A stretch of DNA of 62,676 nucleotides, counting the filler, from Sphacelaria rigidula (Eukaryota), in assembly GCA_964200075.2 (NCBI GenBank). It is 7 parts of 7 records of this genome, joined end to end, with 100 filler letters (N's around TTAATTAATTAA, not from the genome) between each part and the next. Parts side by side here need not be neighbours in the genome. Positions count along the whole stretch, not along the records: positions 35,875 to 44,742 come from CAXNAA020009892.1; positions 44,843 to 53,709 come from CAXNAA020009893.1; 5 more parts are not named here. The stretch is one strand, 5' to 3'. The notes beneath the pieces are model-generated. The model ran no database searches. It was given only the letters and a program-made list of their open reading frames with translations, and had not been told where the DNA came from. The position numbers and the translations under genes are program-made. Of the stretch, positions 39,344 to 52,165 are shown one piece after another. Each line of letters starts with the position of its first letter. Position 1 is the first letter of the stretch.

Positions 39344-39894
39344 CAGTAGTGGGCGGTCTAACTATTCATTTTGTGGCATTTTGTGATTTTTTCGTGATTG
39401 ACGATTTTCTTGGGCTCTTTTCGCTCGCCACTCCATATCACATAGGGGATCTGCAGATATTTGTATCCGCTCCACATTCCAAGAAGAAAAAAACATCTGT
39501 ACTCAAAATCGAGTGACTTACGGGCTGACCGGTCATCGGGGGTCCTGCCACGTTTCAGCCAAGATTCTTACTCTTTTGTATTTTCGGTCGATCGAGCCCG
39601 TCCCGGTCATATATGCAAAGAAATGTACAGTTTTATTTTTTTGAAATTGCACCTACTCAGTGCACAAGGGCCGAAAAACTGTGTTTCACGGTCAATAACA
39701 GCCTCATGGTGAACGGGGTATTTACTTGTTTCGCCCGATAACACCAACTAACATTGACTTGGGCACTGTGTTTCGAAGAGAATCTGTTTTTTTGTACCAA
39801 AATCTACCGACGCTAGCAATTCCGAGTTCTTTCCAAGAGTTGTGCGCGAGGAAAAGCCCAAAACACCCGTAAATAGTAAGACCGCCCACTACTG
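39344..39894. mobile_element. 551-bp Tc1/mariner-type MITE
   Basis: 23-bp terminal inverted repeats CAGTAGTGGGCGGTCT(A/T)ACTATT with one mismatch, TA on both sides, no coding capacity. Confidence 0.9.
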
Positions 39895-41544
39895 TATATT
39901 ACATATCGTACTGTCCAGGGTGCGTGATTTTCAAGTCAATCATTCGTCGTCCGACCATATGCTACAGAGTGATATCTCGCCAACATGTAAAACTTCTTAG
40001 AGTCGCAATGGTAACCTTTTCAGTATTTCTCTGTACGTATGTACTTCTGCACCACAACCTGTTGGGGGCGTCGGTGATGGATTGTTCCATGCCGGTCACC
40101 ATGACCTCAACAAGGCGAAAACTTACAAGTACAAAACATAGGCTGACTTCACTCACTGATGGAACCAAGCCATACTGTACTTTAGTGACTTTAACAATTC
40201 TCCGTTTCCCCCAACCCCGAGCTTTTTTGGCGTTTAATTAGTCGGACTAGTTCATTTCACTGCCCTCGTACCTACCTATATGCCCGATATCTATCAACAG
40301 GGGGGGGGGGGGGAGGCTAGTACATTCAACGCACGTACACAGATCAGAGCAAGGAAGGAAGAAATTCCGCTACACAGGGAAGTCTGTGGAAGAAATCCAA
40401 AGCGAAAATAACTGGATGCAAGAGAGAGTCCCGAATCAAACAAACAAAAAAGCTGCAGCAACAATAACATCGTACACCTAACCTGCAAGCTTTGCGCAAC
40501 GACTTTTTGCACCCGGCAGGGTCCAGGCATCCAAGCGGGCAGCTATCGGAGGGGGTCGGGCAATGCCCTCGATGCAAGTCGACCACGCTCCCGATGACGT
40601 TGCCGAGCGCGTGGTGTGCCAAAGCGGTCGTGGCGCCTCTACCGCTGGTGTCTCGGTTGATTACATCAGTCAGGATTGTTTGGGATTCGCTCAGGAGGGC
40701 AATCTACACGCACGCAGGCGACGGCACGAGAGAATAGGAATGGGAAAATGTCGGGTCACGTCGACAAGAGAAAATGCACCTGCAGCTCGCCGCACAGAGT
40801 GTAATGGCCATGGTGATGGTAATGCTGATGATGATGATGGAAATATGAAGAGGATTACAAAGCGACCAACCAACAGCCACAAGTAAACCATCAATCCTCA
40901 GTGAACGAATGATCAAATATGTGAATACATATATGTATGTATATTTACATCCAAAGAAGGACATGCAATAAAAATAGTTGCGTGGACAACCGCTGCAGGC
41001 TTGTTGATCTGAAGTTGGTTTTCATCATTCGCCAGTGTTCCTGCACAGTGAACATCATTCTTTGTAGTGTATCTACTTCACCAACACCTGTTCATGTATG
41101 ACCAGCGCGAGCTAGTGAATTTTGCCCTCACACGCAAATACTTCTGCCGTAAAGATCCATCCCTTCATTTCAATACTACGAAGTATGCAATATCTTCATT
41201 TCTTGTTTCAAGTGTGGTTCATCAGCAATGCCGCGACACCCCCCCCAGAAAAGTGGCTGATTTGAGGAGGCAAAATCTACATTCTCCAATCAAAACGACA
41301 AAAGCCGAACCCTCAAAGCAGCTGGGCACTCCCACGCTTGGAATCATTTTCGCTAATGTCGCCAATATTAGGCACTTTATGCAGTCTGAAATCAACCATC
41401 ATGCCTTGTATGGCCACTTTCTTCGTGATAATTTTTGGGGGCTATCGCGGCATGACTCTTACTCGACTGTGGTTGTGACCTGCCGATATCCCCATTGCAC
41501 AGAAACCCTCATGCTCCTCACTCCAAGGGTTTTGAAAAAACAAG

Positions 41545-41728
41545 TTTTTTTGTTAAAATTTAGTCTGCTATGTCGTTCTGTTCGACCCCCCTTTTTTTTC
41601 TGTTCCTTCTTTTCCTCAGAACGTGTTCCAGTTTCGCTATTTTTGGGTACGTCTATCAGGAGACCACGGCTGGACCCCTGGGGGATCAGTTAAAGTGCGA
41701 CAATAAAATAAAATCAAATTAAATCAAA
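41545..41728 (+). mobile_element. Retroposon 3' end (third copy)
   Basis: agtctgctatgtcgttctgttcgac...gagaccacggctggacccctggggg..cagtt.aagtgcgacaat followed by an A-rich tail; matches the reverse complement of the 37.9-kb copy. Confidence 0.7.
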
Positions 41729-41749
41729 AGCAAGCACGAAAATCTGCCA

Positions 41750-44742
41750 TCATGACACTTCAGGCGCGACGTCGCCTTTCGGAATCATATCACCGGTTGA
41801 CCTTCAATGCAGTTAACCTTGACGCCCGGCTGAGTCGCTCCTGCTTAGCCTCCAAGCACCACCCTCACTGACAAAACATCCAGGTTATCTTCCACTTTTC
41901 GAATGCAACATCTCTCGGGGAACGGAAGCGCCAATGAACGGCCTTTCGTGTATTGCTCTGCTGCTGCCATCTTCCCTATTTTATCCAGTATTTGAACGAA
42001 CAAGATCAACCGAGTGAGATGGTCGATCACTGAGAGCACGCATGTGTGCAACAGGTCCCGTTGTGGGAAGGAGGGCAAATTTGTACTCTAACGAGTGGAC
42101 CGATACTCGCTCGACTGGTCGCTTGACTGGCACGTGCCCTGGCAATTTCGCGTGGTTGTGTGCTCTTTTTGTTTGGCATACTTGGCAATCTCAGCACCAG
42201 TCATTTGCATCGGCATGAGGGGGGCGTACTCATTTGTTGCTTGTCTCAGTCGTTTGACCATTGACCACGCATCCCTTTCGAGACAGAGCATATGAGGGCC
42301 GGGTCATGAAGACTGCTCCGGAGCCCTGTGCAAGGTAGGCGTATATTCGAAGTGTTCTACTGACAGGGAATCATCGTGGCAAGAGTGGAGGACTGTTCCT
42401 ATCGAAGTTTATGGCACTCCTAATTGGTCGCAAAACAGTGTCGCGCTTTCGTAACTCCCAGGGAAGTACTGTCTAAAGAGCAGTCCATTTTGTTCGAGGA
42501 AGTAAGACAGTAATGGCGTCGTCTCATTTCGGGGTGGTGAATTATTCGGTCCTCTAGGTGCGTGTAGTACGATCCAGATTTAAGAGCTCGTGCTTGCCCC
42601 AGCTTTTCAGGGCCAATTTGTCGACAACAACTGGTTTAAGCTAGCGAATACTGGGCAATACCTCGCGGTCACTCCTCACTGGCCCGACGTTGTACACACT
42701 ATTGGTCTAAAGGTGGTTATCACGATACGGCTGGGCTATGTGTAGCCCAAGACCACTACACGCGTTGGGGCACATGTCTTAGTGCCAGGGCTATCGCCAT
42801 CTCTCGTCGAATGGGGATAATCTGGACAGGGCGTCGGAAGTCACGAAGTTATTTTTTTCGTCGCATTACACTATTGAATTGTACAATTGCAATCCTCTTG
42901 TCCTGCATGACATATAATGCTGTCGTGCAGCGTGATCTCTTGCGCAGTTAACCGTCTGCTGCATATAATCCTCCCAGTGTTGCCGAATACTGTCTTTGTC
43001 TGGCCAAACACCGCTTTTTGAGGTACGCTACGATCCTCATGTCCCCATCTTCAGTTGTTGTCCTCGCAAATCAAATCCCCCAGCGCCTTTGTTACTTGCG
43101 TCGACGTGAGTCAATAAAATCTCCGGGAAAATGGGAGAATCGCAGTACAGAAGCAGACGCCAGAAGTTGCCGAACGTTTGAAATGGCTTCGTCCTGCGCC
43201 AGCCTCCAGTGCTTCCTCCAGGTTTAGATGCGGTTGGTTCCTTCTCCGTATGAGGCTTCACTTCCACGAGTATGGCAGTTCATTTTTGGGAAAGCGCGCA
43301 CGTCGCTCAGACGCCTGCCCCGGCCGGCACCTATAGACACTCACGGTCGACGCATGACACCTTCAGAGGTAGCTCCAGTCAGCCGTCTCACAGGACACTC
43401 CCCTCTAGAGGCGTCGGCGCCATATTAGGCGAGCAGCAGATGTCTGCATGAATGTCTGTTAAACCTGTTCGAAACTGTTTCTTTAATCGGAACGAGCTCG
43501 TCGTAGTCTCAAGGGATCAACTCATATCTCCCGTGTGCCCTACCTGCTGTTGAGGCATTGGACCAGCACTCGCGCAGCCAGCCAAGATGCTGCCATCAAA
43601 TTTCTCATAATGCTAGTCACGGCACGCTTTCGACAACGTGATCTTTTCATGCATTGCCAGCGGAAATTGTCAATCTAGTGGTGGTAAAACCGGCCAAACA
43701 CAACCCGAAGGAGTGGCGTTTTACAGCTCTGGCCGCTGATACGCAAATGCTGCGGGTTTTCGTCATTCGTGAATTTCAGAGTGCCCCCTGCGGTATAGCA
43801 GGCCACGCTGAAGAGCAAACGAATCAAATGAAACACCCTCGGCTCTAAAAACAATGAGGACGCAATTTCTCACCATGCCCGGAGAACCACAAATGTTGTA
43901 AACAGCTAGTTCATGGGTTCCTACAGGGATGAAAGCACAAACACCCTGGACAATGAGGACACTAATAGTCCATTACTCCAATAATAGACGCGGGGAGAAG
44001 CCTATCGATATATTCTGTCGAACACAATAGATGATGAAAAACACATTTTAATATATATACAAGGTTCTCCTTCGGGCGGTTGGTACGGGCCTCCTGGGGG
44101 TGACGCAAGTCGAAAATATATGGTCAAGAGAAGCTACTGTTGTATCTCAATGTACAGTAGTGAACGTGGCTGTACAAAACATCGCATGTGTTATTGGATG
44201 TCGTTCGGAAATATGGGAATTCGGACGGAGGCCGACGGCGGAACCGCCGGTGTAGGACATGTGTGGTACACCGGAGGTGCCAGAGTGCGAAGTAGCTCTC
44301 GTGCCACAAAAACATGACAGCCGGAGGCACTTCCCGAAAAGTTGGAATGCGTGGAACATTTTAATGGCATGTTCTTTGTACATCACTGTGGCTTCAACGT
44401 CACCGGGCCTTTTTTTAGACAGGGTGATTGTTTTTTGCGGCAAAACATTCCTGTGCTGCCGCGCTGCTGTGCCTTGTTCAACTCGCCAACGGCCCATTGC
44501 ACGGTCTTATGTTTGGTGGTGACTAAGGCCAAGGCACTGTTCGATTGTTTTCAACTGCTTTGCTCTCATGTTCTCGTGACATTGGCGACATAACCGGTGT
44601 GTTCATCCTCCCGAATGAACGAGAACGCGACAAAGAGAAACACGGGGAAAAAATACCCCGCCAAACGTAATCCTCTTCCAAGTGTCGCATGATCTTCAAC
44701 AGGCTTTTGTGGTTCGGGATCGACACCCCGCGAAAAAGGGCC
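41750..44742 (-). mobile_element. Heavily decayed Ty3/Gypsy pol (RNase H followed by integrase); boundaries approximate
   Basis: THVDASNKGAGG (RNase H, ~43080-43115) lies upstream of VLSVIDHLTR (integrase, ~42015-42045) on the minus strand, the Gypsy domain order. Many stops. Confidence 0.7.
42219..42290 (+). mobile_element. Putative SINE copy inserted in the Gypsy remnant
   Basis: Same ~70-nt head as 7876-8004; atgaggg occurs on both sides (possible target-site duplication). Confidence 0.6.
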
Positions 44743-46756
44743 NNNNNNNNNNNNNNNNNNNNNNNNNNNNNNNNNNNNNNNNNNNNTTAATTAATTAANN
44801 NNNNNNNNNNNNNNNNNNNNNNNNNNNNNNNNNNNNNNNNNNCCACTAAAACCCCCTATCAACTTGGCGCAGTACACGCACCGCCCTGCTCTCGAGAGCT
44901 TCGGCCCTAGTGTGACCACTGTTGGGAGGCAAGCGCATGATGCGCGGAAATACTACTCGTGGTAATAACGCAAACACAAACGGTGCGGATGCTAGTCTTT
45001 CCACGATGATATTATTTATTGCATGTAAATAAATGAATGCGTCGTCACCATCAGGGAGTCCTACGGGTGATAGGTATTCCAACAAGCAGATGTTGAACAG
45101 AACGCAATCCTCGACTACTCAATGCCGGGTGATACGGACACGGTCTGCCCCTCACCAGGGGATGTGCTAAGCCGTCTCGCTATTAGCATACACGTCGATT
45201 CCATTCTACCTCCGTGTACATGTTGCAAAATACAGAAACCATTGAGTGCTCACCGCGCCGCTGCAGTTGGGTGCTCTTGTCCGCTTAGAAGTCCCCGGCC
45301 TCCGGCAAGCTCTCAGCATCCGACTCCTCTTCGCTGTCTGCCGCGCTACTACCTGGTTTTACCGCCAACATCGTGAGGAAGTTGGGAGCAGGGGTCGGGT
45401 TGCGATGAAGCCCACGTCAGCGGCCATATAGAGGGACATCGGACGCCAATAGATACCTGTATACGTTTGAGAATGAGAAGCGGTCATCAGCGAATGAATC
45501 GTTCCAGTTCCAAAATGCCCCCCCATGAGGCCCGATATTCTTCCTGTAGTAGCTTGTGCGGAAATGTCAATAATAAAAGTAGCTTGCCACTGACGCGCTT
45601 GATATCTCTGGGTCTATCGACGTGTAGCTGTAAGCACACCGCAGAGATGGAGACAAAGGAGAGCACACCCGAACGAAATATTGGCTGAGTTAAAGCGAGT
45701 GATCGAAGCCACTCTCAATCCGCGTTCTACTGTCAATCTCACGAAAACGTCGTCGGCTCCAATCGAGCAGGCAGGGAAAATTGGCAAGTACCGCTCGTGT
45801 TGCACACCCGTACAGCCGCACACCCTCCCCACGTAACCTGCATGCCAACCGACCCTACTAGCGGCACATGCCCTGCACCTGCGTCCGAGTCCTCTTCGTC
45901 TGACTACCAGTCAGTCGTACGCCGATCCAACCCCCCCGATTCGCTGCGGCCACCTGCGAAGCGCACGCAATGGAGCGGCACCGTCAGACGCCCCACCCGT
46001 TCTCGTGCACGTTTCCCCGGTTCGACTGACCCCAAAAGACGACACTCTGTTCATATTCGTTCCTCGGTCATTTTCTCCGACATTTCGGCACGATAGCATA
46101 CCCACTTCTCATTTGTAACCAGTGGCGGCGACCAAACCCCAGTCCCCAATTCAACTGCATTCGCCAAGCTCTGTCGTGATGCCCATATCCCTATACTACA
46201 CGTGCAAATGTTGCACATAGTTCCGGACGGTCTAACTATCTTGGAGTGCCCGAGTGTTTTTTTATCGCGTACTACTCTTCGATATAAGGCGAAGTTGCCA
46301 GCGTCGGTACATTTTGGTACAATAACCGGACCGTCCTCGAAACACAGTGCCAAAGTCAGTGTGAGTTGGTGTTATGGGGCGATACGAGTACATCCCCTGT
46401 TCATGAGGAGGGTGTACTTGAACGTGTAACATAGTTTGTCGGCTCTAGCGCAAAGAGTAAGGAGAGGTTGAAATGGATCAAACTGATCGTTTCTTCACTA
46501 ATGGGATCGGGGTAAGCTCGCCAGACCGAAAGAACCGAGTAGTCAAACCCCGGTTAGCACATAACTCACCCAAAAGTGAGAACAGGAAAAAAATGTTGCT
46601 TGGAATGTAGGGCATTTGCCGACGAAGCAGATCCTCGGCGGACACATTTGCGCCGCTAGTGTTCGAGCATACACGCCATCGCCTACGCGAACACTGAAAT
46701 CGACAGACACACCAACCCCACGTCAGTGGGCCGCATTGGCGCGTGAGGGCAGTGTT

Positions 46757-49700
46757 TCACTCACCGTGTGCGGGCCCCGCCACCCCCGATGCAGCACCCA
46801 CTGCATGGCCCGTCGAGATGGTCGCGGCCGCTGCGTCATCCGTGCCCATCTCAGAAGGTCCGCATGCACCGTTGCACCCACAATATCCATATACATATGG
46901 CTTGCCCCTCTTGCCACAACTGCAGTTCCTGCATTTGTGCCTCGCAGCCGTGTCTGGTTTACACTGACACTTCAGGAACTTTACTCGCCCCTCCTGCATG
47001 AGGAGAGCATGCGGCGACAGTCTGAACACCATATTCTCCTTCGTCAGAGGCACACTGTCGTCCCCGTCACTTGTACACCAGCCGCGGCCTTCGAACGACG
47101 TCGGAGGGGTTCGTAACTGGATGGCTGCTTGCCAATATTCCAAGACGGAGTCGGCTCTGCGAACGTGCAGCTCTAGTGCATCCCACCTCGGGCAGTTCTT
47201 CTTACCCGTTGCTCCTTTGGCGGTCCAGATCGCATTCTGGACGACGTGTGCAAATTTCCGGGCATCCCTATTAACCTGGGCGGACTCGAATAGATCAGCG
47301 GCACCGCCCGAAAAAGTCGGGGTGAAGACTTTCACATGCTCCTCGAAGTAACATGCGCACAGCATCTTCACGGCGGCCGTTTCGTCCACCTGCCATCTGC
47401 CATCGCGGACGAAAACGATGGGTTCGTCGAACAAGCGAGGCATGGCGATAGCCTTTCGCACGTGACGCAGCATGGTCTCGAAGCCCATGTTGTACATCGC
47501 CGGCAGGAAATTGCACCCGGCCAGGAAGTACAGAACCATTAATAACACTCCTTTCGCCGCGTCCGACAGCCACGCTGGCGCCACGCCCACCCCTGCGGCA
47601 GCACCCGCTGCCCATTCCTCGCTATTGCATACAGCATCGTACACTCTATTCACGAGAATAAACTCCTCCGCTCCCTGTTGCTTCTTCTTCCGAACCTGAA
47701 CACCCACCTTGTTGGTTCCGCTCCACGGTATGGCACCGATCGCCATAGCCAATAACACATGCATCACCTGATCTGTGTCTATGGACGTTACCATCCATCT
47801 ATTCAGGGTACCAACGGTCGCGCACGCCTTGTAGTGCACAATCAGGTGAGTCATGGCCAGCTCCCCCTCACCGATGTGGGCACCAGGCATACGCCTCGAG
47901 TCGCCATACCCCCAAACCAGCGCATCAGGTGCATCGCCGGGGTGACCGGCGGCAGTCCCTTCCTGCCCCAATCCTGCGGAGCCTGTGCCGCTGACACCAC
48001 CAGAGACACTGCCGCCGCCCGCCGCATGTCGCGAAAGTGCCATATCGGCGGCACTCCTCCCACCCCGCCCGGCCGTCCCCGTATCGGCATTGCCGGAAAC
48101 CGCTACTCCAGGTGCGGCGCAAAAGGCCGCACCGGGCATGGCCCCGCCGCCTGAATACCGCCGGCCGGGACCACTTGCCGCAAGGCCCACGGGCACGTTC
48201 ACGCTACGCGTGCGTAGCACTTGGGGCATGGAGACCCGGGCGGCGTCGCCACAGACCGGGTCACGTTTCCGACTGGTTCCCACGATACCCCCGCAAATGG
48301 GGGCGCGGAGGGGGGGCACACCCTCTGCAGGTGTGGCCCCTCTCATATCACTGTAGCCTGGCGGGACGTTTTCCGAGCTGGGCGCTGCAATCATGACAGG
48401 ACGTCGATATGTTGGCGACGGTTGCTGGGGGTCAGGGAGTGCAGCTGACGGCGGAATTCCTTCTGGCGTTGGTAGGACCGGGTGCACTGGAAGAGGCCAT
48501 GATATACCGGTGAAGATGAATGTCGCGTTCCCCATCCGGCCTTTGCCGTCCTCGTGCTCGACGAAGTACTTGCAGATGGCCGCAGCAATATCGTCCCTGT
48601 TATTGTGCGCGCGTAGATATGCCTGGAAGTCGCCGCCGGTCGGGATTTCGTCGGAAGAGGCGGGGTCGAACACACCATACGAACCGGCGAGGGCGGCTTT
48701 TCGACCGGCTTGTTCTGCAGCTTTAATCGGCGGCACGAGCGGCCAGTAGTCATAGCACAAACCAACGAAAGTGGCCCCGAACGCCGAATACTCGGCGAGG
48801 ATTTTATCCCTGAACTCCGGCATTAGTGCCACCGTACCGGCGTTGAGAACACTGGACGGGGGTGTACGGTGGAGTTCTGTCGCCAAGTCGACAACAGAAG
48901 CGTGCACTGAGCCATGCGGCGAAGGTTGGACGGCATCTGCGCACTCGCTGAGCATGAATTGTCGTATTCCCTTTGACTTATTTGCTTTGCGGCCGCCCCC
49001 GTCGCCGGCGTGTGCCAGCGCCAGAGGCAACACCGCACCGAGGCTGTGCTTGAGTATCGCCAATTCCTCCGCCGTTCGCACGCGCGCACTGCTCAGTATA
49101 TCGGCCAGGATGGCATGATATTCGTTCCCCTGGAGGGTTACGTCTTGGTAGCGCTTCTGTAGCGCACTTTTCCTCTCTGGCTTCTTTGAAGCTTTCGTGG
49201 TCGTGTTTTGTGCCTTGAACACGGGGAAAGTGGTCTTCTTCAGTCGTCCTCCGTTTCGACCCCCTCTGGCGTTTACCACCATTAGACTGAAGGACTTCAA
49301 CTTGTCTGCTCCCTCCTGTGAGAATGCGGTGCACTTCCGCACGAATGGCAAGACCTGCTGCACCGCCTTCGCCCTGTCCCTGATGAGCTCCGCTGTGCCA
49401 GCGCGCTCCTTCCGATCTCGATACAGCTGGTCGTCACCTGCGTTCACGACTGCTTACCGGTTCTCGCAAATCGGAGCCAGCTTGTTTATGAACCCGGGGG
49501 TGATCCTACCGATCGCTGATTTCACCACCGTATTGGTCATCTCCTGATACTCGTCGAGGGCGCAGTTGTGGTGTTCTCGTCCGGCGAAACTGACAGGGAA
49601 TAATGTCCCCGTCGCGCGAAAGTCCTCATCCGTCATCCTTGTCACTTGGGAGATGTGAGTTGCGCACAGACGCTGGTATCGCAGCTTCTGGATAAGAGCG

Positions 49701-52165
49701 AAGATGGGCGCGGCCTCTCTCAGTGACGCAGTCCTTAGGGAGTAATCCCTAACCCGTGTGCCCATCCGGAACCCCAGATACGCCGGATAGTGATCCAGGA
49801 GGGACGGCAGCCAAAATATCAGGATCACGTGGTTGGAGGCCCGCTCCCGGAGCCACGACACCACGTCTTCTCCCTCACGGCTTGCATCAACACCCTTCTC
49901 CGTCTCGTATTTCTCGATGATGACACACCATATGGCTTCGAACGTGACGGTGAGGAAGTGATGACTCCTCCGGTGCTTTTTCCCCGCCCCCGCGTGCTTG
50001 TCGTCGCCGCCGAGCACTTCAGCAATGCTCTCGATCCCTGCCCCCCAATACAACACCAGCAAAGCCTGCGTCAGACGGGGCATGAGATGCCACCCGCCAG
50101 GGTGGGGGACGATATTGCGCCATCTGGTGGGGTTAGAAGCCATGGCGTTCAAACTGTACGTCTCCTCATCCCCCTCGATCCAAACCACCCGGCCCTTCTC
50201 GCCCTCGGCGTGGCAAATCTGCAAGATCCGCTCCAGTGTCTTCTCGTTGTCAGCTTCTGCACTTTGTCGACCCAGACTGGACGAACAGGTTTCTGGACAC
50301 GAGATCGCGCCCCCCATGATCCAGCTCCTTCACCCATTCGGCCTCCAGGCATGATCGTCCGGGGCCATTTAAAGTATCCAGGGCTCCGCGCTACCGTCGA
50401 AGCCAACAGGGTACTCCACCTCTCCATACTATGTTCGTGTCCAGCACGATCCCGCCCTCGCTTCAGCAAGTCGAGTGTCAGGTCCTTGGTTTTCATCCAC
50501 AAATCCTTGCTCCCGAAAGTAGCAGGTGGGATCAGGGGCAGACGGGGGTGACGCGCGGTGGCCCCTGTGAATGAGCAGTGTTCCGCCGAGATGTATTTCG
50601 CGTGAGGGTCGCAGTCGTTGTTGTCGAACGCTGCCGAGACGCCGATGTTGCGGTCCGCCGGGATGAGGTCCTCATCCTTTCTAGTCGCCACCACATTCTC
50701 ATGATCCCATCTCTGCTTGTCAGACATGCAAATGTTTAGCGCCGACAGTAGGCGCGTAATCTTCTCCCCCGCTCCATGCGATTTCAAGGCCTGGGACAAC
50801 TGCAAGTAGTGATCAGGTATGAAGGATTTTCGTAGAACCTTCTTCGCCATCATCGTATCCAACATGTACGTGAACACGGCATCTTCCGAATACTGGTCGG
50901 CATCTGCAGCGGTTTCCCGCGTGGCCGCGTCCAAGTTTATCCCACATACTGAGACGATGAACGTCGTCAGCTCAGGGGGGAAGGTGTCACGGACGTACCT
51001 TTTCACGTCGGGAGTCCGCATCCCGGCGGCAAAGGCCTCACCTTTGGGAAATCGTGTATTAGCCCATTTCGCACATTGAAACATGCTCGCCCACAACATC
51101 TTCGCCGCCGTGTTTATCATCCCCATATTCCCGTCCCCACCACCTGCCGGAGCTGCTCCGGAGTACCAGCGCACCCCCCCTGATCCGCTGCACGTGAAAC
51201 CGCTGCTTCCCGTCTGTTCTTCTCACGCCGAACTCGCGCTCACTGGCGTAGAGATTCGCAATCCACCACTCATCGAATACAAGCGGAATGAGCACCCTAA
51301 ATTTCCGCCTGTCGTCTTGACCGACAACACCCCCAGAGAAGGAGAGGTCACGAACGCCGCTGACAGCGGAGGCGACCCGGTCGAGGACTGTGGTGGCGTC
51401 CTTACTCAAAGTCCTCTCGACAACATCGTTTAATCCTGCTCGGCTACGCGCCTGCCGCACGATATTGATGGCGTCGCCCAGATCGAGGAAGCGCCCGGCG
51501 GCAATCTCGGCGACCACGTTTCGCGTAGCAATGTGAGAGGTGGCGGCGGCCGCCCCTCTCCCAGGAGCATCGGAGGTGTCGAGGCGCAGGAGGTATTGGT
51601 CTACCGTCCACTTGCCGCCCTCTCCCCTCTTGAACAAGGTACTCTCAACTTCCCTGGTAAATCTCCAGACGCAGCTTTTGCAGAGGCGACTGTCTGCGCG
51701 TAGATTGATGCTGTCCCCACCCCGGTGCTTTGCCCCAGCATCCGTCGCTCGAAAGAATTCTTGCATGAGTCGAAATGTTTCCCCGGTTCTCTTCAACTCC
51801 GTCTTTGGCGCGCGGCAGCATGCTTCACACTTTACCGCCGACCGCTCTTCCTTCCGCTTCTCTCTCTTTCGGAGGGCATAGAAGCAATCGGGGGCAGTAC
51901 ACCGGCACCCGCGGCTCGGCACCCAACCCGGCACGACAGAAGTCTCTGCCGCCGCGCTGCTGCCATCCGATCCCAAAATTCCGCGGCGTCGGCGACGGCG
52001 TCGTCGTCGGGAAGATGCCGAAACTGGGGTTCGGAGCCTTGTGTGACCGGCGGCCGGCGGTGGCACGCGCAGCACAACAAATTGCCGGAGTGCACGGGAG
52101 TACCGGGACACACCGGACAGTGTGTCGGCCACGCTTCCGTGGCACCACAAACCGCCTTTCCGCAT
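46757..52165 (-). mobile_element. AcademX-like DNA transposon gene: Zn finger, Academ DDE transposase, XPG/FEN-like nuclease, C-terminal Cys cluster; two frameshifts and one stop
   Basis: Four consecutive minus ORFs (368, 341, 287, 896 aa) join into ~1,800 aa. Motifs in order: CEAC...LCKSC, AAFDNND (~50620), GDEETY (~50165), GGWH (~50095), GKKHRR, LDEYQE..N (~49550), GEGE (~47868), IDTD (~47778), LAGCNF (~47515), ALELHVRRA...W, GW, CQC-x9-CRNCSC...CGCNGAC (~46865-46970). Termini not found. Confidence 0.8.
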
